Source: an uncultured Actinomycetota bacterium (GTDB lineage: Bacteria; Actinomycetota; Actinomycetes; Propionibacteriales; Propionibacteriaceae). Taken from it: a stretch of DNA of 64,000 bases. Positions 51,531-62,197 of this stretch are shown here, in pieces. Where the stretch lies: contig CAVXYL010000013.1 of the NCBI GenBank assembly GCA_963765975.1, positions 3,911 to 67,910 of the forward strand, in the 5' to 3' direction. The first letter of the stretch is position 1. Every line of letters begins with the position of its first letter. The notes beneath the pieces were generated by a model that did no database searches, had not been told where the DNA came from, and worked only from the letters and a program-made list of their open reading frames with translations. The translations under genes were made by a program, and so were the position numbers.

Positions 51531-52531
51531 TCAGCGCACCGGCAGGTCAGGCAACGGCGCGTCGGCCTTCGCCAGCGCGCCGTAGTGCCGCCCGGCGCTG
51601 CCGTTCAGCTGCTCGCGTCCGGCCAGCACGGTGGTGGTCACGCCGCTGGTCAGGTCGGCGACGTCGACCGTGCTCAGCAGGTCGACCGCCGTCGGGTCGG
51701 AGCGCACGGCGAGGACGTCGGTCCCTTCCAGGTCCTCGCTGTTGGGACCGGCCACCACGACCGAGGCACGGGTCTTCAAGGCGACGTCGAACTGAACGTG
51801 GGCGGCCAGGAGCTCCGGCGTCGGACGCGGTTCGGTGGCTTCCGCGGCGACCACGATGACCAGCTGGGCCTGGGCGGCCGAACCCTTGCTGATCGTCGCC
51901 CAGCCGTTGCTGGTCAGGGCATCGCCGATGGCCAGCGCCTGGCGTGCTGGGTGTCTCGATCCAGTACTCCGCGGGCCGCGATGGACCGCCCAGCGCGAGC
52001 CCGACCTTGGTGGCCGCGGACATCGAATCGTCGGAGTTGATATCGGCTGCCCACGGGGCCAGCGCTTCGTTGATCTTGTCGGTCTGGCTCGGCCTCGAAG
52101 ACCTCCGCGTTGATCGTCACCTCCCGTACGACGTTCCCGCCGGCCTCTTCGGCGGCGGTGGAGATCGCCTCGACGACCGCGGTCGGCGCGTCGGGCATGG
52201 CGACGATGGCGACCCGGATGCCGCTGAGCACGTTCTCGGCGACGACCTGGCCGACCCGCTGGTCGTAGGCCTCACGGTATTGGTCGAGTGCGTTGCGCCG
52301 ATCGAGCTCGGCCCGCAGATCTGTTACCTGCTTACGATCCTGGGCGGCCTGGGTGATGATGCCCTGGTCCACCGAGGGGCTCAGCGAGACACCGACCGCG
52401 ATGCCGACCGCGGCCTGGGTGATGATGCCCTGGTCGACCGACGGGCTCAGCGAGACCCCGACCGCGATGCCGACGGACAAGGCGATGAACACCGCCATCA
52501 ACGACACGATGTGGTAGCGGAAGTTGATCAA
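51531..52531 (-). CDS. SteB/MctB (DUF3186) protein (frameshifted)
   Basis: [30 protein letters not shown]; follows steA. Confidence 0.85.
52344..52474. repeat. 66-bp in-frame tandem duplication
   Basis: [22 protein letters not shown] twice; three synonymous differences. Confidence 0.9.
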
Positions 52532-53709
52532 GTGAACAGTTCCTTAATCCAGTAGAGCGCATCGCGGATCCTCGCGACGATGACGCTGCCGACCGCCGAT
52601 CCGACGTCGGTGAACAGCAACGCGGTGCTCAGCGCGAGCAGGCCGGACAGCACCAGCAGGACCAGGTGCCAGGTCTTGATCTGGCTGCGGTAGATCCGGG
52701 AGACCCCTTTGGCGTCGACGAGTTTCGGACCCACCCGCAACCGGGTGAGGAAGGTCGAGGCCATGCCGGCGCGGCCCTTGTCCAAGAACTCGACCAGAGA
52801 CGCATGGGTGCCGACCGCGACCAGCAACTGCGCTCCCTTGGAGTCGGCCAGCAGCATCGCGGCGTCCTCCGAGGTGCCCAGGGCGGGGAAGACGACGGCC
52901 TCCAGGCCGAGCTCGGTGATCCGTTCCAGACCGGGGGCCCGGCCGTCGTGGTAGGCGTGGACCACCAGTTCGGCTCCGGACTTCAGCGTGGCATCGGAGC
53001 AGGAATCCATGTCGCCGATGATCATGTCCGGCTTGTAGCCGGCCTCGATCAGCGCGTCGGCCCCGCCGTCGACGCCCATCAGCAGCGGCTTGTACTCGGA
53101 GATGTAGGGCCGCAGCGCGTCCAGGTCGCTGCGGTAGTCGTACCCGCGGACCACGATCAGCACGTGCCGGCCCTCGATCTCGGTCCGCACCTCGGGCACG
53201 CCGACGCCCTCGAGCAGCAGTTCCTTCTCCTCGCGGAGATAGATCATCGTGTTGTCGGCGAAGGCCTCGATCTGGTCCGACAGGCCCTCGCGGGCGTACT
53301 GCAACTGCTCGTCCAAGATGTCGGTGGTGTACAGCGTGCCCTCGGCGACCACGGCACCACTGGGATCGACCAGGGTGTGGCCGTCGACGGTGAGCCGGTC
53401 GCCTTCGTGCACTGTGGTGAAGATCTCCTCCCCCACGTCGTCGATCAGCACGATGCCGGCCTCGAGCAGGATGCCCGGTCCGAGATTCGGGTACCGGCCG
53501 GACACCGACGGCACCGCGTTGACCACGGCGCTGACCCCGGTCAGGACCAGGGCCTCGGCGCTGACCCGATCCAGGTCGCTGTGGTGGATGACGGCGATCT
53601 CGCCCGCTCCGAGCCGCTTGGTGAGATTCTTCGTCCGTCGGTCGAGCCGCACCACACCGCCGATCTCGATCGGGGTGGAGTGTCGCCGTAGCAGGGCCGG
53701 GAGTCTCAT
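52528..53709 (-). CDS. steA: SteA septal protein (thiamine pyrophosphokinase-like domain)
   Basis: DRRTKNL, SGRYPNLGP, GVDGGADAL, EFLDKGR, KLVDAKGV. Confidence 0.88.
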   Translation of the reverse strand: MRLPALLRRHSTPIEIGGVVRLDRRTKNLTKRLGAGEIAVIHHSDLDRVSAEALVLTGVSAVVNAVPSVSGRYPNLGPGILLEAGIVLIDDVGEEIFTTVHEGDRLTVDGHTLVDPSGAVVAEGTLYTTDILDEQLQYAREGLSDQIEAFADNTMIYLREEKELLLEGVGVPEVRTEIEGRHVLIVVRGYDYRSDLDALRPYISEYKPLLMGVDGGADALIEAGYKPDMIIGDMDSCSDATLKSGAELVVHAYHDGRAPGLERITELGLEAVVFPALGTSEDAAMLLADSKGAQLLVAVGTHASLVEFLDKGRAGMASTFLTRLRVGPKLVDAKGVSRIYRSQIKTWHLVLLVLSGLLALSTALLFTDVGSAVGSVIVARIRDALYWIKELFT

Positions 53710-53732
53710 TTCGACCTCCATCCTGCCAGGCG

Positions 53733-54111
53733 TCAACCGGTGAGGTTCTGCAATCGCACCTGACCCACGGCAACAAGTTGCTGCTCGACGTTGCGCGTCT
53801 CGACCCGCCAGACCTGCTGGGACCGCCCCCGGTGGATCGGCACGCGCGGTCGAGGTCAGCCGGTCTCCGGGCCGTGATGCCCGGAAGAAGTCGGTGCTGT
53901 TGGCCACTCCGACGATCTGGCCGCGGTCGCCGAGCCAGAGCGATGCCGCGACGCTGGCCAACGTCTCCACCATCGAGCAGTGCACGCCCCCGTGCAGCAG
54001 GCCGGCGGGCTGGAGCATGACCTCGGTGACCCGCCAGTCACCCACCACCTGCTCGCCCGAGGCCGAGGTCAAGGTGAGACCGAGGCTGGTCGCGAACGGG
54101 CCGAGGTCCAT
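53733..54111 (-). CDS. PaaI-family hotdog thioesterase (frameshifted)
   Basis: QPAGLLHGGVHCSMVETLAS. Confidence 0.85.
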
Positions 54112-54113
54112 CG

Positions 54114-55802
54114 TCAGGCTCCGAGCCGGGTCGCGGCGGCCAGCTCGACCAACTCGCCGGCGTGGGCGAGGGCCGACTCGGTGGTCTCCAGACCGGCCAT
54201 CATCCGGGCCAGCTCGGCGGCGCGCTCCTCGTCGGACACCAGCTGTACGCCGCTGGTGGTCACCTGACCGTCGTCGGCCTTGATCACCACGTAGTGCCGG
54301 TCGGCGAACGCCGCGACCTGGGCCAGATGGGTGACCACGACGACCTGGCTGGCCTGGGCCAGCCGCGCCAGTCGCCGGCCGATCTCGACGGCCACCCGGC
54401 CGCCGACGCCGGCGTCCACCTCGTCGAAGACCAGGGTTCCGGCCTCCCGTCCGGCCGCCAGCACGACCTCCAGCGCCAGCCGGACCCGGGAGAGTTCGCC
54501 GCCGGAGGCGACCTTGCCCAGGCTCCGGGGCTCGCTGCCCGGATTGGCCGAGAACAGCAGCTCGATCTGGTCGGCACCGTGCGGTCCGAGTGCGGCCGGA
54601 CTGAGCTGGAAGGCCAGCCGCGCGTGCGGCATGGCCAGCGCGGCGAGCTCGCTGACGACCTGGTCGGCGAACGCCCGCGCGGCAACCGTCCGGGCGGCCG
54701 TGATCGCGGTCGCGAGCTCGGTCAGCTGACGATCGAGCTCGGTCACCCGAGCGGCGAGCAGGTCGATCCGGTCGTCGCTGGACTGCAGGCTGTCCAGTCG
54801 GACGGCCGATTCCGCGCTCCAGCCGATCACCTCGTCGATCGTCGTCCCGTACTTGCGGGTCAGACCGGCGAGCGCCGACCGGCGCGCCGCGATCCACTCC
54901 AGCCGTCCCGGCTCGGCGTCCAGGGTGTCGAGGTAGCGGGCGAGATCGGCCGCCACGTCGGCCAGCAGGTAGCTCGTCTCGGCCAGCCGACGGGCCAGCT
55001 CGGCGAGCTCCTGATCGGCGGCGACCCGGTCGAGCACCTTGCGAGCCACGGTGACCTCGGTGAGCGCTCCCCCGGGTTCGTCCTCGGCGCCCGCGACGGC
55101 CGCGAGTGCCGCCTGGGCCGCCTGCCGCAGGTCGTCCGCGGACTGCAGCCGCAGGGTCTCGGCGGCCAGCGCGACGTCCTCCCCGGGTTCGGGGGCCACC
55201 CGTTCGATCTCCTCCAGTCCGAAGCGCAGCAGATCGATCTCCCGGGCCCGGGCCTGAGCCTCAGCGCGCAGCCGGGTCAGCTCGGTCGCGGCGGTGCGCC
55301 GTTCGGCGTAGAGCTCGCCGAAGCGGCTCAGCACGACGGCCAGATCCTCACCGGCGAAGCGATCCAGGAGCTGCCGCGGCCGGTCGGCAGCAGTCAGGCG
55401 TTGCTGCTCGGACTGCCCGTGGATGGCGATCAGCTGCTCGGTGATCGCGGCGCACACCGGCGCCGGCACCTGCGCACCCCCGACGTACGCCCGGGAGCGG
55501 CCGGCCGACGTCAGGTGCCGCGCGACGATCAACTCGTCGTCCTCCAACTCACCGCCCGCGTCGTGCACGCGCTGCAGGATCGCCGGCTCCGCCACTCGGA
55601 AGACTCCCTGCACCCGGGCCCGGTCCGCGCCGCTGCGTACGGTCCGGGCGTCAGCCCGCTCGCCCAGCAGCAGGCCGAGCCCGGTGACGATCATGGTCTT
55701 GCCGGCGCCGGTCTCCCCCGTCACGACGGTGAGGCCGGGGTGCAGGCTGATGGTGGCCTCGCTGATCACCCCGAGATCGGTGATCCGGAGCTCGTCGATC
55801 AC
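54114..55802 (-). CDS. recN: DNA repair protein RecN
   Basis: TGETGAGKT, HGQ, ASGGELSR, FDEVDAGVGG. Confidence 0.96.
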   Translation of the reverse strand: MIDELRITDLGVISEATISLHPGLTVVTGETGAGKTMIVTGLGLLLGERADARTVRSGADRARVQGVFRVAEPAILQRVHDAGGELEDDELIVARHLTSAGRSRAYVGGAQVPAPVCAAITEQLIAIHGQSEQQRLTAADRPRQLLDRFAGEDLAVVLSRFGELYAERRTAATELTRLRAEAQARAREIDLLRFGLEEIERVAPEPGEDVALAAETLRLQSADDLRQAAQAALAAVAGAEDEPGGALTEVTVARKVLDRVAADQELAELARRLAETSYLLADVAADLARYLDTLDAEPGRLEWIAARRSALAGLTRKYGTTIDEVIGWSAESAVRLDSLQSSDDRIDLLAARVTELDRQLTELATAITAARTVAARAFADQVVSELAALAMPHARLAFQLSPAALGPHGADQIELLFSANPGSEPRSLGKVASGGELSRVRLALEVVLAAGREAGTLVFDEVDAGVGGRVAVEIGRRLARLAQASQVVVVTHLAQVAAFADRHYVVIKADDGQVTTSGVQLVSDEERAAELARMMAGLETTESALAHAGELVELAAATRLGA

Positions 55803-56737
55803 AAGTCGATCCGGTTTCTCGCCTCGGCTGCCCCGCGCCACCCCTCGACCCGCAGCCCGAACTTGTTGACCAGTCGATCGGTGAACGGCGCCTCGGAGAG
55901 CCGGGCCAGCCGGAGCCGGTGGTGGCCCCGGGTCACCTCGATCTCCATCCCGGTGCGCAGCTCGATCGAGCGGCGGCCGTCGCACCAGACCAACCCGTGG
56001 GTCTGCGACCCGTCGATCACCTCGACGACCACGGTCGAGGTCGGGCCGAGGACCAGCGGCCGGGCGAACAGGGCATGCGCGCTGAGCGGCACGACCAGCA
56101 GTGCGTCCACTCCGGGCCAGATCACCGGACCACCGGCGGAGAAGGCGTACGCGGTGGAGCCGGTGGGCGTGGCGACCAGCATCCCGTCGCAGGCCCAGCG
56201 GGACAGCGGCCGGCCGTCGACCTCGACCAGCACCTCGAGCATCCGCTCGCGGGACGCCTTCTCGATCGAGACCTCGTTGATCGCGTACGAGGACCAGACG
56301 GTCTCGGCGGAATCGCAGACCCGCAGCTTCACCTCGATGGTGAACCGTTCCTCGACCGTGTAGGACCGGTCCACGATCCGCTGCACGATGCTGTCGATCT
56401 CCGAGGACTCGGCTTCGGCGAGGAAGCCGATATGCCCCAGATTGACGCCCAGCAGGGGAATCTCCGACGCGAGCACCCATTCGGCCCCCCGGAGGATCGT
56501 CCCGTCACCGCCGAGCACCACCATCAGCTCGATGCCGTGCGCTTCGTTGATCGGCTTGGGCAATGGCTTCACCGCGTGCGCGAGCCGCGGATCCAGCTGG
56601 CCGAGATCATCGTCGGGAAGGGCGGCGACGATGCCCGCCGCGCTCAGGCCCTCGACCAGCCGGGTCGCCGCGGCGATCGCCGCCGGACGGCCCATGTGGG
56701 TCAGCACTGCCACCGTACGAGTCACCTGCGAAAGCAT
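55799..56737 (-). CDS. ppnK: NAD kinase
   Basis: LGGDGT, GHIGFL, NE, TPTGSTAY. Confidence 0.94.
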   Translation of the reverse strand: MLSQVTRTVAVLTHMGRPAAIAAATRLVEGLSAAGIVAALPDDDLGQLDPRLAHAVKPLPKPINEAHGIELMVVLGGDGTILRGAEWVLASEIPLLGVNLGHIGFLAEAESSEIDSIVQRIVDRSYTVEERFTIEVKLRVCDSAETVWSSYAINEVSIEKASRERMLEVLVEVDGRPLSRWACDGMLVATPTGSTAYAFSAGGPVIWPGVDALLVVPLSAHALFARPLVLGPTSTVVVEVIDGSQTHGLVWCDGRRSIELRTGMEIEVTRGHHRLRLARLSEAPFTDRLVNKFGLRVEGWRGAAEARNRIDL

Positions 56738-57538
56738 ATGACGCCCTCTGCGAGCGTCGGTATCGCGCGCTGGCGATCGGCGGAGCGATTTGCGAACGCC
56801 CTCAGCCGAACCGAGCTGCGGGCGAAGAGCGCGAAGAACTCCTGGTTGCCCGCCGGGCCGAGCAGCCGGCTCGGCACGGTCGCCAGCAGCTGCCAGCCGC
56901 ATCGGCGCGCCTCGGCCACGACCTGGTCGATCGCCTGGCGGTGCAGGGCCGGCTCGCGGACCACGCCGCCCTTGCCGAGCTGCTCGCGGCCCACTTCGAA
57001 CTGCGGCTTGATCATCAGCAGCATCCGCCCGGTCGGGGCGACCACCGAGCTGAACCGCTCGATCAACAAGACCAGCGAGATGAAGGACACGTCGGCCACC
57101 ACCAGGTCGACCGGGTGGCGGTCGACGTGCTCGAGCGCGAGATCGCGGAGATTGGTCCGCTCCCACTCCCGGACCCGCGGATCGCGCCGCAGCTCGGGCG
57201 CGAGCTGGTCGGTGCCGACGTCGATCGCGATCACCTGCGAGCAGCCCCGTTCGAGCAGCACCTGGGTGAACCCGCCGGTCGAGGATCCGGCGTCGAGGGC
57301 ACGGCCGGACACGCTCAACCGGAGATCGTCCAGCGCGCCGAGCAGCTTGTGCGCCGCCCGGGACACGTAGTGATCGGCGGCGGCGACGATCTGGGCGGTG
57401 GCCTCGACCAGTTCGGCCGGCCTGGTCGATGATCACCCCGTCGACCGACACCGAGCCCGAGTTGATCATGGTCTGGGCATGGCTGCGGGATCGGGCCAGC
57501 CCACGCGCGGCGAGCTCGCGATCGAGGCGCTGGCGCAC
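56722..57538 (-). CDS. tlyA: TlyA rRNA 2'-O-methyltransferase (frameshifted)
   Basis: RLDREL S4, VSRAAHKL, DAGSSTGGFT, DVSFIS, KPQFEVG. Confidence 0.93.
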
Positions 57539-57549
57539 AGCCGCTCGCC

Positions 57550-57732
57550 TCAGCCGGGCTCGACCTGGTCGGTGCGATTCAGCGCCGCGTGCAGCGTCTC
57601 GTGCGCCCGGGCAAGATGATCATGGTGCTCGCTGACCGGACGGTCGGGAAGATCATCGAGTTCGTCGAGGGCGGCGTCGATCTCCGGATCGCCGGTCGGT
57701 TCACGGGCCTCGGAGGAGGGCGATTCACTCAC
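57550..57732 (-). CDS. small conserved hypothetical protein
   Basis: TGDPEIDAAL motif; GTGA coupling to the upstream gene. Confidence 0.65.
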   Translation of the reverse strand: MSESPSSEAREPTGDPEIDAALDELDDLPDRPVSEHHDHLARAHETLHAALNRTDQVEPG

Positions 57733-58163
57733 GGCGTCGGGGCCTTCTTGGCCGGCGCCTTCTTCGCGGGCGCGGCCTTCTTCGCGGGCGCGGCCTTCTT
57801 GGCCGGCGCGGCCTTCTTCGCCGCCGGCTGTGTCTTCGCCGACCGCAGCTCCGAGCGCAGGGCGTCGACCTCGGCGCGAAGCGCCTCGACGTCCTCGGCC
57901 CGGGCGAAGCCCAGCCGTGCGGCGGCCCGGTCGACCTCCGCGGTGACCAGCTTCTCGAACATCTCCCGATTCGCCCGGCTCGCGTGCAGGATCTCCTCGG
58001 CCAGCTTGGTCACCCGATCACTCGCCTCGTTCGCCGCCTCTTCGAGGCCGGCCTGGGCGAGCAGTGCGTGCGCCGTCGCCGAGGCACGGGCCCGCGTCGC
58101 TTTGGTCAGTCCACTGACCAGGTTGACATACGTCTGTAGTGCATCCGCCACGCTCGATCCCAC
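57729..58163 (-). CDS. phasin-like protein with PAKKA histone-like tail
   Basis: Helical N-terminus; five AKKA(A)P repeats. Confidence 0.7.
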   Translation of the reverse strand: MGSSVADALQTYVNLVSGLTKATRARASATAHALLAQAGLEEAANEASDRVTKLAEEILHASRANREMFEKLVTAEVDRAAARLGFARAEDVEALRAEVDALRSELRSAKTQPAAKKAAPAKKAAPAKKAAPAKKAPAKKAPTP

Positions 58164-58239
58164 CTTCCTCGATCATCTTCACGCTACCCCAGCGAAACGT
58201 CGCAGCGGCCCACACGGGTGCGGGCTCGAGCCGGGAGGC

Positions 58240-59241
58240 TCAGCGGAGACCGTCGAGCACGGCCAGGGCATCGTCGTGGCGCAGATCCTCGCCCTGATCA
58301 GCCGCCGCCCAGGCCACGTGAGCGGCCGCCCAGGTGGACTCCACCAGCGAGCCGTCACCGCGCACGACCAGGGCGCCGTCTTCGGCGTACGCGAGCGCCG
58401 GTCCGCAGTGCACCCCGTCGGCCGCCGGCACGGCCTCGGCCGGCGGTCGCAGCAGGGCGCCGATGTCCTCACCGAGGTAGGTCGGCCGCTGAGCAGGCGG
58501 TGCGAGCAGGAGATCTCGTGGTCCGTGGGAGCCGCTGAGCACCAGCATGCTGTGCAGGCCGGCGTTCACCGCCCCGCCGATGTCGGTGTCCAGCCGATCG
58601 CCGACGAACAGCGGCCGGGCGACCCCGAGCCGCTCGACCGTGTCGTCCAGCAGCGGCCGGTACGGCTTGCCGGCCACCTCCGGATCGTGATCCACCGTCA
58701 GCCGGACCGCCGCGACCGCGGCACCGTTCCCCGGGACCAGTCCGCGATCGGTCGGCCGGGTCGGGTCGGTGTTCGTGGCCACCCAGTACGCCCCGCGCTG
58801 GATGGCGATCGCCGCCTCGTTCAGTTCCCGCCACGCCAGGTCGAATCCGTAGCCCTGGATCACCGCGATCCGGATCGTCGTCGGCAGACCGGACGCCGAT
58901 CAGTCCCGGCCTCGGAAACGGCGTCGGCGACGCCCTCACCCCCGACCAGCAACACCCTGGCTCCGACGCCGAACCGGTTCAGCACCAGGTGCGCGGCGGC
59001 CTGCGCCGAGGTCACCACGTCGGCCGCGGTGGCGTCGATACCGAGTCTCGACCAGGTGCTCAGCGACCGCCTGCGGCGGGCGCGCCGCATTGTTGGTGAC
59101 AAAGCCGATCTTGGTCCCGCGGCCGCGCAGCAAGGCGATGCCCTCGGCCGCTCCCGGCACCGCGATCGGGCCCAGATAGATGACGCCGTCCAGGTCGAAC
59201 AGCACGCCGTCGTACGCGTCGATCAGCGCGGGTCGGGTCAA
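58240..59241 (-). CDS. HAD-IIA (NagD-like) hydrolase (frameshifted)
   Basis: FDLDGV, VTNN, AGKP, VGDRLDTDI. Confidence 0.9.
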
Positions 59242-60098
59242 CGAGCATCACCGTCGTCTTCGTCGAAGTCGATCAAGAAACCGTCCAGCTCGTCGACCCG
59301 CCGGGCGGCATCGATTTCTTGATCATGATCCAGCTCGGCCGCCGCCGCGAACCAGCGCCGAGCCTCAGACTGCTTACCTGCTTTGAGAAACGCCTCGGCC
59401 AGGGCGTACCGCAGCCGAGCGACGGGCAGCTGCAGACCGGCCGTCGGCTTGACCGACTCGACCGCCTTGGAGAGGATGCGCCGCGCTTCCGGGTCCTGTC
59501 CCAGGTCGGCCCGGGCGCCGGCTTCGACGATGATCATCTCGATCCGCAGCGCCGGGTCGAGCTCGAGTCGGTCGGCTTCCCGGGCCAGCTTCAACGCGTT
59601 GTGCGGCCGGCCGAGAGCGCGTTCGCAGTCGGCCATCACCGGAAGATAGTCGTGGGTTCCGGTCATCCGCCGCAGCGCCCTGAACTCGCTCAGCGCCACG
59701 TCGTAGAGGCCGGCCGCGTACGCGGTCTCCGCCGTCGCCTCGCGCACGATGGGCAGTCGGGCCGCCCGGCGACGAGCCGCCTCGGCATGCGCGTACGCGA
59801 GTTCGGGGTCCTCCTCGATCAGTTCGCCCGCCACCACCAGGTGGCTGGCGACGATCTCGGCGAGGTCCTTGGGCAGGCCGCGCAATTCCGCCCGGACGGC
59901 CCGATGCAGCGTCTTGATGTCGACGCCTTCGGGGATCGGCGGTTCGTTCTCCTTGCGGGCCAGACCGGGCCGCGGCGGCTCGGGCGGTCGGCGCAGCCGA
60001 TCATCCCGACCGGCCGACTCACGGCGATCCGGCCGCTCACCCCGGGGAGCCGAAGTGCGCCGGGGTCGATCCGCCCGTCCGTCATGTGCCACCCGCAC
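59238..60098 (-). CDS. conserved actinobacterial TPR-like protein
   Basis: Arg-rich N-terminus, ELRGL, MADCERALGRP; start uncertain. Confidence 0.8.
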   Translation of the reverse strand: MRVAHDGRADRPRRTSAPRGERPDRRESAGRDDRLRRPPEPPRPGLARKENEPPIPEGVDIKTLHRAVRAELRGLPKDLAEIVASHLVVAGELIEEDPELAYAHAEAARRRAARLPIVREATAETAYAAGLYDVALSEFRALRRMTGTHDYLPVMADCERALGRPHNALKLAREADRLELDPALRIEMIIVEAGARADLGQDPEARRILSKAVESVKPTAGLQLPVARLRYALAEAFLKAGKQSEARRWFAAAAELDHDQEIDAARRVDELDGFLIDFDEDDGDAR

Positions 60099-60190
60099 AT
60101 CGTAGGTGTCATGCGCCTGCCATCCGCGCGCTCCCGCGTACCGGGCGCTCCGCTCGACCGCGGCTACCGAGCGTCAGCTATCCGCGCCCA

Positions 60191-60249
60191 CGCGCCCTGA
60201 GCCTGTCGAAGGGCAAGATGCGGTCCATTCGACAAGCTCAGGACACGAT
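60191..60249. repeat. REP-like family A doublet
   Basis: cgcgccctgagcctgtcgaa...ttcgacaagctcaggacacg. Confidence 0.8.
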
Positions 60250-60252
60250 GCA

Positions 60253-61029
60253 TCACACCGCAAGGGTGACCTCGGGGCCGGCGGCGGCGAGTTCGCGGAC
60301 CAGTTCGGTGTTGGCGGCGGCGTCGGTGATCACCAGGTCGACCTCGTTCACGGCCGCGAAGGAGCAGAACGAGTTCCGGCCGAGCTTTCCCGAGATCACC
60401 GGCACGATGCGGCGGCGGGCCGCGAGCAGCATCGCGCGCTTGGTGGCGGCCTCTTCGGGATTGGTGGTGGTCAGTCCGTGCGACGTCGTCATGCCGTTCA
60501 CGCCGATGATGGCCAGATCGGCGGTGAGCGTCGAGAGCCGGCGGCTGGTCCAGGAATCGACGGCCGCCGAGGTCAGGCCCCTGATCATCCCGGGCAGGGT
60601 GAAGACCCGCAGGTTCTCGTAGTCGGCGAGGTACTGCGCGGCCGGCAGGTTGTTGGTGACCACGACCAGTGACCGATCCTTCGGCATCGCCTGGGCACAG
60701 AAGAAGGTCAGCGAGCCGGAGTCGAGCACCACCACGCCGTCCTCGGGAAGCTCCTCGGCGACCCGGCGGGCAATCACCACCTTGTCGTCGAACTGCTCGG
60801 CATGCCGGGCCGCGAGCGCCTGCTCGAACGGCGTGGAGTCCATCAGTTCGGCGCCACCACGAATCCGGCGGAGGACCCCTCGGCGTTCGAGCACATCGAG
60901 GTCTCGACGCACCGTCTCGGTCGTCACCTTCAACTGCTCGCTGATCTGGCTGACGCTGGCCCGGCGGCCGTCGTGGCGCAGCAGGAGGTCGGTGATCGCC
61001 CGCTGCCGCTCGGGCGGATACATCGTCAT
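60253..61029 (-). CDS. DeoR/GlpR-family regulator
   Basis: ETVRRDL, GGA, LDSGS, VTNN. Confidence 0.92.
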   Translation of the reverse strand: MTMYPPERQRAITDLLLRHDGRRASVSQISEQLKVTTETVRRDLDVLERRGVLRRIRGGAELMDSTPFEQALAARHAEQFDDKVVIARRVAEELPEDGVVVLDSGSLTFFCAQAMPKDRSLVVVTNNLPAAQYLADYENLRVFTLPGMIRGLTSAAVDSWTSRRLSTLTADLAIIGVNGMTTSHGLTTTNPEEAATKRAMLLAARRRIVPVISGKLGRNSFCSFAAVNEVDLVITDAAANTELVRELAAAGPEVTLAV

Positions 61030-61345
61030 GGGTCGCCTTTCTGCTCTTCATCCTGACACGCATGCCCGAACGAAGTGAGGAAAGGCCCGATCCAAACAAA
61101 CGGGCACGATCCTCAGCGTCTTCCCAGCCGTTCGCTACTGGACCTGCGGCAAGAGCGTCGATTAGTCTCCACCAAAGACAGAGAATCGGGACGATATGAC
61201 AACGATTCGGCAACGCCGTCGAGCAGGCAATGCGGTCGAGAACGGCAATGCCGCGAGATGAGGAGTTGATGCGCGCCATCGTTCTCTCCGGACGAGAACT
61301 GCAGATTCGGCCCCAGCGCGGCCAGTCGGTGGAACTGTTGAGCCG

Positions 61346-62128
61346 ATGACCGTGCCACAGCAGGCCACGACCCGCTACCAGGCGATCAGCGACTGGCTCA
61401 CCGCCGAGGGCCGGGTCGACGTCGTCGACATCGCGAACCGCCTCGGAGTCGCTCAGGAGACCATCCGCCGCGACCTGCGCACCATGGAGACCGCCGGCAA
61501 GCTGCAGCGGGTGCACGGCGGCGCGGTCCGGATCGATGCCGGCCCGCTGGCGATTCGCAACAGCAACGACGCCCCCGACGGCGACGACCTCGAGCTGTCC
61601 ACCCGGGTCTGGCAGAGCCTGCCACGAAGCGGCTCCATCCTGATCGGGACCGGACGCCTCACCCTGGCGCTGGCGTACGTGATGGCCGCGTCACCGCCGG
61701 AGGAGGCCGGGCTGACCGTGGTGACGAACTCCCTGGACGCGGCGATCGTGCTCTCCCGAGCCAGCCGGCTCGAGGTCTACAACATCGGCGGCACGGTCTC
61801 GCCGGTCACCCGGGCCCAGGAGGGCGACTGGGCGGTGCACGAGATGGAACGACTGCATGTCGACGTCAGCGTGGTCTGCCCGGCCGGCATCAGCGTCGAG
61901 CGCGGCCTCACCCAGGCGACCCCGGCCGCGGCCGCGGTCTCCCAGGTCGAGGTCGCCTCCGGTGACCGGGTGATCGCGCTCGCCAGCCCGATGACCCTGG
62001 GCGCGTCGGGATTCGTCCAGTTCGCCACGGTCGACCAGGTCGACCTGATCGCGGTGGCGGGCTCGCCCAGTCAGGCCGTGCTCCAGCCGTTCGCCGAACG
62101 GGGTATCGCGCTCAGCACCGGACCGTGA
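61346..62128 (+). CDS. DeoR/GlpR-family regulator
   Basis: ETIRRDL, RVHGGA, VTNS. Confidence 0.9.
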   Translation: MTVPQQATTRYQAISDWLTAEGRVDVVDIANRLGVAQETIRRDLRTMETAGKLQRVHGGAVRIDAGPLAIRNSNDAPDGDDLELSTRVWQSLPRSGSILIGTGRLTLALAYVMAASPPEEAGLTVVTNSLDAAIVLSRASRLEVYNIGGTVSPVTRAQEGDWAVHEMERLHVDVSVVCPAGISVERGLTQATPAAAAVSQVEVASGDRVIALASPMTLGASGFVQFATVDQVDLIAVAGSPSQAVLQPFAERGIALSTGP

Positions 62129-62197
62129 GGGGACCGTGTCCGGTCCGCCGGATCTGCGTGCAATATCGTGGCGAACGACCCACGGGAGGAGAACGGT

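Noticed and set aside
52528-57538. PaaI-SteA and TlyA-NAD kinase fusion ORFs
   Set aside because: The joining stretches are out-of-frame translations of known genes.
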